Shown here piece after piece: positions 10,432 through 20,934 of a stretch of DNA of 25,241 nt; positions within the stretch are counted from its first letter, which is position 1, and each line of letters begins with the position of its first letter. Source of the stretch: Chiloscyllium plagiosum (Eukaryota). The translations under genes and the position numbers were made by a program. The notes beneath the pieces are model-generated. The model was not told the origin of the DNA. It saw nothing but the letters and a program-made list of their open reading frames with translations, and searched no databases. Location: contig NC_057720.1 in the NCBI RefSeq assembly GCF_004010195.1, positions 7,046,031 to 7,071,271 on the forward strand, given 5' to 3'.

Positions 10432-10860
10432 CGTGCTGGCTGTCCCTAATCGAGCAGTGTCTTTCCAGATACTCATAAATTCTATCCCTCAGTACCCTTT
10501 CCATTACTTTGCCTACCACTGAAGTAAGACTAACTGGCCTGTAATTCCCGGGGTTATCCCTATTCCTTTTTTTGAACAGGGGCACAACATTCGCTACTCT
10601 CCAGTCCCCTGGTACCACCCCCGTTGCCAGTGAAGACGAGAAGATCATTGCCAACGGTACTGCAATTTCCTCTCTTGCTTCCCACATAATCCTAGGATAT
10701 ATCCCATCAGGCCCGGGGGACTTGTCTATCCTCAAGTTGTTCAAAATGTCCAACACATCTTCCTTCCTAACATGTATCTCCTCTAGCTTACTAGTCCGTT
10801 TCACACTCTCCTCTTCAACAATACGGTTCCTCTCATTCGTAAATACTGAAGAAAAGTACT
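10432..10860 (-). mobile_element. CR1 ORF2 fragment, N-terminal part of the RT domain, open frame
   Basis: YFSSVFT...DKSPGPDGIYPRI...WRVANVVPLFKK..RDNPGNYRPVSLTSVVGKVME...DSQH. Confidence 0.95.
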
Positions 10861-11076
10861 GATGGCTGTAATGGTGACGATCATTGGTCGATGAGGAACC
10901 ATACACGATTTCAACTACCTTTCAAAGTTTGTCAGCACACCCTCCAGTTACCATTAATGTCCCTGAAGAGCAATCACAATAATGCACATTTTGAAAGGGA
11001 TAACATCAAGTGGGCTGATGGAGCCTTTTCATCTGAACCTTTCCTGCAACAGCAACAGCATATAGACCTTTTTGAT

Positions 11077-11412
11077 TTAGAATTGAATTAGAATTAGAAT
11101 CCCTACAGTGTGGAAGCAGGACCTTTGTCCCAAAGAGTCCACATCAACTCTCTAAAGAGTAACTCACCCACATCCATTCCCCTCCATTTACCCCTGACTA
11201 ATAACCTACACTATGGGCAATTTAGCATGGCCAATTCACCTAACCTGCACATCTTTGGACTGTGGAAGGAAACTGGAGCACCCGGAGGAAACCCATGCAG
11301 ACACGGGGAGAACGTGCAAACTCCACACAGGCAGTCGCCCGAGGCGGAAATTGAACCCAGGTCCCTGGCGCTGTGAGGCAGCAGTGCTAACCACTGTGCC
11401 ACCGTGCTGCCC
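11077..11412 (-). mobile_element. HE1 SINE, full length
   Basis: Head gggcagcacggtggcacagtggttagcactgc on minus, V-domain, CR1-like tail and (ATTCTA)n end. Confidence 0.93.
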
Positions 11413-11667
11413 TAACCACTGAGCCATCATGCCACCCCAATTTACTCATCGGATGTGGCATCACAGGCTGGATCAGCACGGACAGACTATCTCCAATTGC
11501 TCAGAGGGTAGTTGACAGAAGGGAGTCGTCTAACTGCACCTGTACAAGGAGCTAGTGAGACCACACCTAGAGTATTGTGCGCAGTTTTGGTCCCCTTATT
11601 TTAGTAAAGAAATCATTTCATTGGAGGCAGTTCAGGCAAGATTCAGTAGGCTGATCCCTGGCATGGA

Positions 11668-11790
11668 GTCACTGGACTTGCAATGTTAACTCTGCTTTCT
11701 CTCCACAGATGTTGCCAGACCTGCTGAGTTTCTCCAGCAATTTCTGCTTTTATTTCTGGATTCCAGCATCTGCAGTTCTTCGGGTTTCTT
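11668..11790 (+). mobile_element. P2 terminus inserted in CR1
   Basis: gtcactggacttgcaatgttaactctgctttctctccacagatgttgccagacctgctgag; TSD-like cctggcatgga (11657-11667) / cctggtatgaa (11792-11802). Confidence 0.75.
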
Positions 11791-12054
11791 GCCTGGTATG
11801 AATGGACTGTCTTATGAGTAAAAGGTTAAACAGGTTGGGACTCTACTCACTGGAGTTTAGAACAATGAGAGGTGACCTCATTGAAACATAGAGGATTCCT
11901 CAGGGGCTTGACAGGGTCAATACTGAGAGGATGTTTTCCCTCATGGGCGAGTCTAGGAGAAAAGGGCATAATCTCAGAATGAAGGGACGCCAATTTAAGA
12001 CTGAAATACAGAGGACCTTCTTCTCTCAGAGGGTTGTGAGTCTTTGGAACTCCT

Positions 12055-12250
12055 TTTTTATTTTCATGAGATGAGGGCTTGGCCAGCATTTATTGCCAAT
12101 CCCAAATAAAGATGGCAACTTACTTCCCTAAGAGACATTAGAGAACCAAATGGATTTTTCCTGACAATTGAATCATGGCTATTATTAGACTCTTCATTCC
12201 AGATTTTTATTGAATTCAAATTCCACCACATCAGGATTCAAGTCCTTGTG
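12055..12250 (-). mobile_element. Internally deleted family S SINE inserted in CR1
   Basis: ggccagcatttattgcca...attagactcttcattccagattttttattgaattcaaattccacc. Confidence 0.7.
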
Positions 12251-13261
12251 TACATTTAAGACTGAAATAGATTCATGATCAGTAGGGGAAATCAGGGCTA
12301 ACATGGAGGGGGTCTGAAAGCAGATCTGAAGAGCATCAAATCAGCTACAACCTTTTTGAAAGGTGCAGCAGGCTCAAGGAGCTGAGTGGCCTTCAGCTGC
12401 TCCTTACGTTTAACCCCATTGGTGTGGGTCTGGAGTCACGTGTAGGCTAGACCAGGCAAGGATGGCAGATTTCCTTCCCCAAAGCACATTAGTGAGCCAG
12501 ATGGGTTTTTAAGACAAACAACATTAAACCAGCTTTAATTAATTTAATATAAATTTCACCACCTGCTCTGAGGGGACTTGAACTCATGTCAGCAGAGATT
12601 GGACTGGGATTGCTCAGTGACATTAACGCCACACCACTGATCCCCTGTCTGCCTCCAGGCCAACCAGCCAAGTCACTGTGGCACTGAAAGGTTGTTCATG
12701 GTTGGAGATTAAGATGGAGGACCAGTAAAGGCACAGGCTAGCATTGTGAGCCGGAAATGAAAACTACTATAAACAATGTGATGTAGAGTTTGGAATCGGC
12801 AAGATGGAACAGCAGAGAACAGATGTACGAAAGAACAGATTAAAAACAAAAAATCTCATGCATGCTCATGAAGAGGAACTGCAAATTGGATACAAAGTGA
12901 AGGTCCAGTTAACATCTACTCAGTCACAGATTGGTGAAATAAAGTTGAAGATTGCTGAGAGAAATCAATAGGTAGGGATAAAGTAGCCAGCATTAATGGT
13001 GTTGTACCAGATAAGGATATGTATGCTGGACACTAGCACCGAATGGAATCCCCTTTGAAATCTGCCACTTTATAGCTCTATCACTCATGGTGAAAGAACA
13101 GAGCTGTCACAGATTTGCTCATTTGGTGTCACTTATGTTTTCAGAAACAGAAGGCCATGAGTTTAAATCCTATTTGGGGACTTGAGCACATAATCAAACC
13201 TGGCAGGCCCAGTGTCGCTGCTGAGGGAGTGCCACACTGTCAGAAAGAGTGTTAAGACTGA

Positions 13262-13703
13262 GACATAAGGGCAGGTCACGTGCCCATCGAGTCTGCTCTG
13301 CCACTCAATCATGGCTGATCGTTTCTTCAACCCCATTTTCCCACTTTCTCCCCATAAACTTTGATCCCCTTGGCAATCAGGAACTTATCTATCTCTGCTT
13401 TAAATATACTCAATAACCTGACCTCCACAGCCTTCCATGGCAATGAATTGCACAGATTCACCACTCTCTGGCTAAAGACGTTTCTCCTCATCTCCATTCT
13501 AAAAGGGTTCTCCTTTACTCTCGGGTCCTCGTCTCTCCTGCCAATGGAAACATTTTCCTAATGTCAACTCTGTCCAGGCTGATCAGTATTCTGTGGGTTC
13601 CAATCAGATCCCCCTTCATCCTTCTCAACTCCATTGAGTCGCGTCCCAGAGTCGTCAAATATTCCTCACATGTTAAGCCTTTCATTACTGGGATCATTCC
13701 CAG
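13262..13703 (-). mobile_element. CR1 3' portion inserted in the DeuSINE
   Basis: Minus ORF MIPVMKGLTCEEYL...ELRRMKGDLI...MFPLAGETRTR; antisense 3' UTR caatcatggctgatc. Confidence 0.88.
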
Positions 13704-13827
13704 GGAAAAGCTCCAGTCTCAGCTCTTCTGATGGTTCACAGGTGCTTGTGAAAGAATCCATGGCACTGCTCTGTCAAATCTGGGCCAACATTCCTCCCTC
13801 AATCAGCATCCCCTAAAGATGGGGGGG

Positions 13828-13998
13828 GCAAAGGTGAGGACTGCAGATGCCGGAAACCCGAGATTAGATGAGAGTGGTGCTGGAAAAGCACAACAGCATC
13901 TGAGGAGCAGGAAAATCGGTGTTTCGGGCAAAAGCCCTTCATCAGGAATTCCTCAGATGCTGCCTGACCTGCTGTTCTTTTCCAGCACCATGCTGATC
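13828..13998. mobile_element. Fold-back P1 element with hammerhead motif at about 13915-13949 (-)
   Basis: Minus reads attcCTGATGAagggcttttgcccGAAAcacc; TSD atcccctaaagatg (13808-13821) / atcccctgaagatg (14007-14020). Confidence 0.8.
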
Positions 13999-14232
13999 TA
14001 AAGCCTATCCCCTGAAGATGAGTTAGTGGGCTTATCCTCTCTGATTCCAGTTGTTGAACTTGCTGGGACCAAAAATGGCTCCTTGGTCAACTCAAGAACA
14101 ATGCACATCTCAAAGCAATTCTGGATAGACCAAGGGTATTACAGCAAATCTAAATTTGCCTTTAATAGCTTCTGTCAGCCTGGAGTCCAGAGAAAGCATT
14201 TGTTACACTCAGCAATGCTCAAGATCTAAGCA

Positions 14233-14293
14233 TACGATCGCACAACATCGTGGGCCGAAGGGCCTGTTCTGTGCTGTACTTTTCTATGTTCTA
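14233..14293 (+). mobile_element. Extremely 5'-truncated CR1/HER1 tail (about 60 nt)
   Basis: cacaacatcgtgggccgaagggcctgttctgtgctgta is identical to the tail at about 9477-9514 (antisense); flanked by taagca at 14227-14232 and 14294-14299. Confidence 0.8.
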
Positions 14294-14485
14294 TAAGCAA
14301 CTCCACCAACTCTGCATTTGCATTGCTAAGGTCTGCTGCCCCATCCCCGAGAAATGAGCACACGTACATTTGGAAGGATTGACTCTCCTCTGAGGGTGAC
14401 AGGTTAGACTCCCCGAATGGTATGAAGGAAAACTACGAGGACAGGCTCTATCTTCAAATAATTGCACTGCTGATAAGAGACGCAG

Positions 14486-14520
14486 TGTGAAGGTTTTTCA
14501 TCTTAGGACTCATCAGTACA
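14486..14520 (-). ncRNA. Minimal hammerhead-ribozyme-like motif (type P4), probably repeat-derived
   Basis: Minus reads tgta CTGATGA gtc ctaa gat GAAA aacc TTC acac: core intact, 3-bp stem II, UUC triplet, but stem I is weak. Confidence 0.45.
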
Positions 14521-14639
14521 AAATTGCAAGAACGCCAAATTTCAAAGGGGGAAACGACAATTTGTACTCCATGTGGAACACGTCTTCACCACTACAGTCA
14601 TTGACATCACTCAGCAAAACAAAGGTTCGCAATGAGGCT

Positions 14640-14927
14640 TTCAGTGCTTAATCTCTGGGAACCAATCCGTTTCCAAAGACTCCTGACAACGTTGGAAAGG
14701 AGGGTCACAGATATTTGGAACTCTCTTCCTCAAAAGCAGAATACTTGAATAGTTTAAAGGCAGCGTGGGTAGCAAGGAGATGCAAGGTTCTCATGGCTAG
14801 CGGTGGGGGGGTAAGCAGGAACATGGAGTAATCAGATCTATCATGACCTCATTGAAGAGGACTGCAGGCTCAGGGTGGGGGAGGGGTGTGAGAGTAATCT
14901 AAACCCATGCCTGATTTATATGTTCAG
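14640..14927 (+). mobile_element. Degraded CR1 3' end
   Basis: agggtc...tttggaactctcttcctcaaaag...atcagatctatcatgacctcattgaa...gcaggctc. Confidence 0.6.
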
Positions 14928-15129
14928 ACATAATCTTGATTCATTTGTATCCTTCGATCTCATTCCACTCTGACCTCCGTGAGAATCTATGAGTTGAAGA
15001 GTGAGACCAGCTCAGTGGACTGATTGGCACCCAATTCATTGGCAAATGCACTCAAAATGGGCACGGGATTTACCACTGAGAATGCACCAGTGAACAGATG
15101 CCTTGAAGAATTTGTTTTTCGCAATGCTT

Positions 15130-15465
15130 AGATTATTTCCCCTCAAACGACAGGAGAAGGGGTGATCCTACAGGAGTTAATAGGGTGACTTGTAACTGTC
15201 CCTTGGCAAGGAGGAGTTCAGAAGATAGGAGCATCACATTAAAACTACAGTCAATGGTCCTGGCAAGAACTAACCACACAAAGGTAGAGCCAATTTGCAA
15301 CTCTTCCTCCTAAAACATATTGCTGGGGATCAACTGAAAATCTCAAAAAATGGGACTGAGAGGCTTTAGATGCTGAGCTAAACTGGATACAATAAGCCCC
15401 AACCTAACAGAATGGCAGAACAGGTTCAAGGGGCTGAACAGCCTCCTCCTCCAGTGTTGCTATGG
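15130..15465 (+). mobile_element. Degraded CR1 3' end
   Basis: gaatggcagaacaggttcaaggggctgaacagcctcctcct (CR1 3' stem-loop) preceded by diverged ORF2-end sequence. Confidence 0.55.
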
Positions 15466-15524
15466 AATAGCGCACCTCGGATTTTGGCTTAACTAGGCTG
15501 GGGCACGGAGCTGGCACACACCAC

Positions 15525-15872
15525 CAGTGATATTATCTCTGGATTATTAATCCAGAGATTCAAGTAACGTTCTGGGGACCTGGGTTTGAAACCTGCCACA
15601 GCAGGTGGTGTAATTTGAGTTCAATAAAAAACAAATCTGGTATTAAATGTCTAATAATGACTATGAAACCATTGTTGATTGTCAAGGGAGAAAACCCCAT
15701 CTGGTTCTCGAATATCCCTTACAGGAAGGAAACTGCCTTCCTTACCTGGTCTGGCCTATATGTGGCTCCAGACCCATAGTAATGTAGGTCTTTATGGCCC
15801 TTCTGGGCAATTAGAGATGGGGAAAAAATGCTTCCACAGCCAGTGATGCCCACTTCAAACAATTTTTAAAAA
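15525..15872 (+). mobile_element. Family S tRNA-derived SINE, near full length
   Basis: Collinear with 567-1131 once the P1 insertion is removed (ttaatccagag...gttctggggacctgggtttgaa...ccatctggttc...ctgggcaattagagatggg). Confidence 0.78.
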
Positions 15873-16063
15873 TCTTTCCCACTGAACCACCTCACTAAGA
15901 ATTGTTTGTGGTTAGGCAATTCATTTCTGAATAAATGAATGAATACTAAGTGTTAAGGTACAGAGGCAGCAGGCGTGAAATGCAATTCCTTTTTAACGAG
16001 TAAAATAAATGATTGATTCTGCATGAATGTTACAAAATGATGTCCGAGGATGGGGAAAGTTAA

Positions 16064-16563
16064 TAAACACAGAAAGTGCTGGAGAATCTCAGTGGGTCTG
16101 ACAGCATCTGTAGAGACAGACAGAAGTTAACATTTTGAGTCTGGCATGACTGTTCTTTGGAACTGAAAGGGGCCGATAAAACTATGGTTTTTAATGCTGT
16201 AAATAAGGAAAGTGGAGGAGAATGGGGAACAAACAGGACAGATATTCCATAGCAAGGGACAAAGGGAGTGCTAATGGGAGGTGTTGTTTGTATCTACCAT
16301 TAAAACTACTCCTATCTTTATCAGTTCTCTATTGCCCGAATTTGCCTCTTGCCCTGGGACACATTTCCCATCTGTTTCACTTGCTCTACCTCCCATCTCC
16401 TGTACAAAACCCATACTTTTCCAGCCCTCTTCGGTTCTGATGAAAAGTTACACTGGACTCCCAAAGTGAAGCCTGTTTCTCTCTCCACAGACGCTGAACT
16501 GTCTCCAGCACTGTCCGCTTTTACCTCACATCTGCAGGCCCCACAGTACTTTGTGTTTATTTT
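16064..16563. mobile_element. Old fold-back P2-type element
   Basis: Left arm gtgctggagaatctcagtgggtctgacagcatctgtagagac; right arm ttctgatgaaaagttacactggactc...gtttctctctccacagacgctg...ctccagcact. Confidence 0.6.
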
Positions 16564-16564
16564 C

Positions 16565-16592
16565 CACACACACACACACACACACACACACA
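16565..16592. repeat. (CA)14 microsatellite
   Basis: Perfect CA run. Confidence 0.95.
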
Positions 16593-16607
16593 CCACCGAA
16601 CCCAAAG

Positions 16608-16955
16608 TCACAGAATCTCTGCAGTGTGGAAACAGGCCGTTCGGCCCAAAAGGTCTACACCAGCCCTCTGAAGAGTAACCCACCCAGATCCATTCCCCTA
16701 CTCTATTATCCTCTATTTGCTCCTGACAAATGCATCTAACCTATACATCCCTGAACACTATGGGCAATTTAGCATGGCTAGTGCACCTAACCTGCACATC
16801 TTTGGACTGTGGGAGGAAACCGGAGCACCCGGAGGAAACCCACACAGACACGGGGAGAATATGCAAAGTCCACATAGACAGTCGCCCGTGGCTAAAATCT
16901 AACCCGGGTCCCTAGCGCCATGAGGCAGCAGTGCTAACCACTGAGCCACCGTACT
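16608..16955 (-). mobile_element. HE1 SINE
   Basis: V-domain, tRNA head (gcagcagtgctaaccactgagccaccgt on +) and CR1-like tail gtgtggaaacaggccgttcggccca. Confidence 0.92.
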
Positions 16956-16958
16956 GTG

Positions 16959-17011
16959 GAGATCATTTGTTTTAGTGGTGTTGGTTGAGGGATAAATTTC
17001 AGGCAGGACCC
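16959..17011 (-). mobile_element. Deu-domain fragment
   Basis: tgttttagtggtgttggttgagggataaat is antisense to the ccctcaa(t/c)ca(g/a)catc block also seen at 13796. Confidence 0.5.
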
Positions 17012-17058
17012 TTAAAAATAGAAAAACTGTTTCCTACTTCCTCTCCAACTGACCTTCA

Positions 17059-17515
17059 AAACACCTAATTTTCCACTTGGGGACCCTGCGTCCCTCTGGA
17101 CTCAATATCGAGTTCAGAAATGTTAGGGCCTGAACTCTCCCATGTCCCAGCACCCCACCATGCACACCAGGTCTTGTTATCACAGAGCCTGCCACTACAC
17201 ACTACCTATTATTAGCCACCAACAGCTCCCACTAACAGCCATCCACCCTCCCAACCAGATCGTTACCCACTCCTTTGTCTGTCCACTGTGGGCTCTTGCT
17301 TTGGGCTCTATGTCCACCCTATCGTTTACTCCTTCCACTCTCCCCATCCAACACCCACCCACCACCACCCTAACGTCTGCATAGAAACTAACATTTTCTT
17401 AGCTACCATCAGTTCTGAGGATGGGTCACCGGTCCCAAAATGGTAACTTTGATTTCTCTGCACAGATACTGCCAGGCCTGCTGAGCTTTTCCAGCAACTT
17501 GCGTTTTTGTTTCAA
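17059..17515 (+). mobile_element. Penelope-like element 3' end: ORF C-terminus, UTR and P2 terminus
   Basis: 17059-17133 translates to KHLIFHLGTLRPSGLNIEFRNVRA*, the typical end of a PLE GIY-YIG domain (I..L.TL.P.GLN). It is followed by a C-rich UTR and a degenerate hammerhead ttCTGAGGAtgggtcaccggtcccAAAA at about 17413-17445. Confidence 0.8.
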
Positions 17516-17802
17516 AACAATTCCACAGATTCAACACCATTGAGGGCAGCTAGGACCTGTCGGTTCAAGTCACATCAAGATTACAGCACGCAGGCTGCAC
17601 TCCCCCCTGGAAGCGACATCCTCGAGGTTTCTCCACTGGGTTTTGGGAGATACTTGTCACTTTTGGCTTTTCTTTTGATTCAGAGCTGGTTACAGGACAT
17701 GGTCCTTGAAAATGACATCCTGTTCACCTGTGCCATCTCAGCCTCAAACTGAGCCTTCAGCCTGCTTCCTTATATCCTGTCCCAATCTGGGTTCCGAATT
17801 CC

Positions 17803-18560
17803 ATATGAACATGAGGCCATTCAGCCCCTCTGAGCCTGTTCCACCATCCAATACGATCTTGGCTGATCTCACCGTGGAGAAGGAGAGGGCTGCAGATGCT
17901 GGAGATCAGAGTCAAGAGTGTGGGGCTGGAAAAGCACTGCAGGTCAGGCAGCATCCGAGGAGCAGGAGAGTCAACGTCTCGGGCATAAGCTCTTCATCAG
18001 GAATTCCAAAGAATTCAGGAAATTCCTGATGATGGGAATTCCTGATGAAGGGCTTATGCCCAAAACGTTGACTCTGCTGCTCCTCGGATGCTGCTTGACT
18101 TATTGTGCTTTTCCAGCACCTCTCTCAACTTTGATCTCACCTTGGCCTCAACTCCACCTTGTCGCCTGTTCCCAAGACCCTCCGACCCATAACTACTTAA
18201 AAAATCTCTCTATCTCCTCCTCAAGTTGACTCAATGTCTTAGTATCCTCTACAGTCTTGGGGGAGTGAATTCCAGAGATTCACAGGACCCTTTCAGAGAT
18301 GGAGTTTCCTCACATTTTGTTTTAAATCTGCTGCCCCTTCTCCTAAATCTATCGCCCTTTCATTCCAGATTGACCCACGTGAGGGAACATCTGCTCCATC
18401 TCTACATTGTCAATCCCCTTTCGCATCTTATAGACCTCCACTCGATCTCCTCGAATTCTTCGAAACTCTGGTGATTAAAGACCTAACCTTCTCAATCTCT
18501 TCTCCAAAGACAAACTTTTCATCTCTGGGATTAATTTAGCCATCCGTCTCTGAATGCCAT
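17803..18560 (-). mobile_element. CR1 3' portion split by a P1 element
   Basis: aggccattcagcccctctgagcctgttccaccatccaatacgatcttggctgatct, then gaattccagagattcac...ttcctcacattttgttttaaat. Confidence 0.78.
17876..18131. mobile_element. Fold-back P1 element, most complete copy, with two head-to-head hammerhead motifs
   Basis: Arms about 17907-18005 and 18037-18131; hammerheads at about 17970-18004 (-) and 18038-18074 (+); TSD tgatctcaccgtgg (17864-17877) / tgatctcaccttgg (18132-18145). Confidence 0.87.
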
Positions 18561-19250
18561 TTCAGCAAGTCCTTCTCAGAACCAACGGGTGGTCAAACCG
18601 ACATCGGGGGTTCGGGGAGAGGGGAGGTGGGGGAGGATGGTGAAGATGATTGCCTGTAAGATTGGGCTCGGGAGGGGACAGTGGGTTTGAGAATATAAAT
18701 GGTGAAACTCACAGCTCTCCTCTGCTGGATGACCAGCCTCCCCGAAGCCAGCAGTTAGGCGCTCCAATGTTGATCACCCCTCGATTAGCCCTACATGCCA
18801 AAGCCAATCCTCAGAATCCAGTAAACCCCAAAACAATAGACAGGGACATTTCCAGGGAAATCTCAATAGGACAGGGTCTACTTTCGTGTTGTAAAATCAG
18901 GAAGTCAGTAAAGAAGGCAGAATACTTTTTTTTTGACAGACGCTTCACTCAACACACTTGCATATTCCTTACTGTTACATCTTCCATTCATCCCCAAATC
19001 TCTTCTGCCCAATTTCCAACCCCAAAGGATAGCTGATCACCCTCACCTGGAGTTGCAGTCCACCAACGTTGGCCTGCCTTCCATTCCCTTGGACAAGTTG
19101 CCAAGTTGCCACTCCCACCCCTGCCCCACTCCTTGCGAAAGAGGACAAATATGCAGCTATTGGGGCTGATCGACCATAAGAGGCATGACGAGGGACACAA
19201 ATCTGCCCTATCTTCAGTCTCCCCGCACCTTGCAGCCCAGCCCACGTGAC

Positions 19251-19320
19251 AGAGAGAGAGTAAGAGAGAGACTGAGAGAGAGAGAGAGAGAGAGGGGGAG
19301 AGAGAGACTGAGAGAGAGAG
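19251..19320. repeat. Imperfect (GA)n microsatellite
   Basis: About 70 nt of AG repeats with a few interruptions. Confidence 0.9.
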
Positions 19321-20317
19321 TGTATGTGGCTGGTTCTCTGCCTCATCAAGACTGACAGAAGCCACCTTAAGTCAGGGTCGACATGGAAACGAGTGTTGGC
19401 AGTGATTGAACCCAGGACCCCCTCAGCTCTGACTCAGCTTCCATCTGTAACAGACTGTTGAGCCATGGGGGGCAGTAAGGAGCGTTGGTGGTGGTGTGTA
19501 GGTGGAGGAACTCACTGAAATCCATCAGAAACCAACAGCGCATCAGATCAATCCTCTTCTGAATGAACCCTGGGAATGTGTTACCTTACAAAATCAGCAA
19601 GGTATTTCAGAATAAGCTATTCACAAAACAAGCTGCATGGAAGCTTTAGCAGAGTCAGGCAAGTCAATCAACAGTTACACATGCAATGGGACATCAAGGG
19701 TGGTGACACTGAAGGATCATCAAGCTTTTACCAAGTGTAATATGATGAGGGGCATAAGTGAAGGCTATTCAGCCCCTTGAATCTGTTCCAGCATGCATTT
19801 ACATCATAACTATCTTGTCCCAGTATTTCTGCTGATGTAGGTGTGACAAAATCAAGAGGAGGTTATTTAATTGGTGTAGTGCCTCCCGCCAAATGGAACT
19901 GCGGGTGACAGAAGGCCCTTTGGCCTATTGTGTCTCTGTCAGCCCTCTGGAAGTACGAACCAACGTGTTTCGCGATTCGTCTGCTACTTGACCTGACCAC
20001 CCCCCCCTTCCCCCCATCACCCGAGCTCTGCAAAAGTTTACCCTTTTGAAGGTATATTCACATTATGATCTGTTTGCTTATTCACGTAGTTTGAGCCCTC
20101 TGGCATTTGCTGCCCATGCCTCAATCACCCCGGGCAACTAGGTCAAACGTTACTCTTGAAACAGCCACCCCACACTTTCAGGCAGGGAATTCCTATTTGG
20201 TGCAGCACGCCGAGTGAAAGATTTCCCTCACCTCGCTCGCCCTGAATAGTTCCTCATAAACCTGCACCCTCCAGCCATGGACTCTCTCACTATTCAGAGG
20301 GTACTACCCGATGGAAA

Positions 20318-20465
20318 GTGGTGTTACAGAGGCACTGTCATTGGACTGGTAATACAGTGACTTGGGTTGAAATCCCACCAAGGCAAACGAGGAAATCAGA
20401 TTTCAGTCCAGAAATCTTTGGTGATAACCATAAAGCAATGGCCATAAGGACCATTTGGTTCAGAG
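20318..20465 (+). mobile_element. Diverged family S SINE 5' fragment
   Basis: gtcattggactggtaatacagtgacttgggttgaaatcccacca...ccatttggttca. Confidence 0.5.
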
Positions 20466-20637
20466 AGCCAGTGTGCCCGGAGTGGACCAGCGACGGTTGT
20501 TGGTCTGGGGACTGGCCCAGATGCTCAGTGGTTTGTGCGACTGGTCACATCACGTGGAAGCTCCCTGCACTGATCTACTCCAGGCACTTTGTAGAAAAAC
20601 AGTAACATTTCTCTTTTTAACTTTATTTTTTACTTTT

Positions 20638-20934
20638 TTAGATTAGACTAGATTCCCTACAGTGCAGAAACAGGTCTTTTGGCCCAACAAGTCCACACCG
20701 ACCCTCCGAAGAGTAACCCACCCAGAACCATTTCCATCTGACTAATGCACCTCACACTATGGGCAATTTAGTATGGTCAATTCACCTAACCTGCACATCT
20801 TTGGACTGTGGGAGGAAACCAGAGCACCCAGAGGAAACCCACGCAGACACTGGGAGAATGTGGAAACTCCAAACAGTCGCCTGTGACAGGAATCGAACCT
20901 GGGTCCCTGGTGCTGTGAGCCACCATGCCGCCCC
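20638..20934 (-). mobile_element. HE1 SINE with a short deletion in the tRNA head
   Basis: V-domain and tail intact; gctgtgag is joined directly to ccaccatgccgccc, lacking gcagcagtgctaaccactgag. Confidence 0.9.

Larger units (their letters stand above)
11535..12410 (+). mobile_element. CR1 3' portion, itself interrupted twice
   Basis: gtgagaccacacctagagtattgtgcgcagttttggtcccc (VRPHLEYCAQFWSP); tactcactggagtttagaacaatgagaggtgacctc; 3' UTR gcaggctcaaggagctgagtggcct. Confidence 0.85.
11440..12657 (-). mobile_element. Family S SINE split into 11440-11518 and 12411-12657 by a CR1 insertion
   Basis: ...aattgctcagagggtagttgac | taaccccattggtgtgggtctggagtcac... is contiguous in the intact copy at about 21158-21212 (aattgaccagagggcagttaggtttcaaccacattgctgtgggtctggagtcac). 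Confidence 0.7.
13115..14125 (+). mobile_element. Deu-domain SINE broken into three pieces (about 13115-13260, 13710-13821, 14007-14125)
   Basis: gacttgagcacataatc...gctgagggagtgccacactgtcag; aatccatggcact...ggccaacattcctccctcaatcagcatc; then cttgctg...aaaatggct, in DeuSINE order. Confidence 0.6.

Noticed and set aside
9533..10906. 457-aa ORF and other long ORFs spanning 9676-10522
   Set aside because: Their length comes from the N gap; the real parts are CR1 and HE1 fragments.
19242..19250. CACGTG E-box next to the GA repeat
   Set aside because: A single hexamer is expected by chance, and no conservation data are available.
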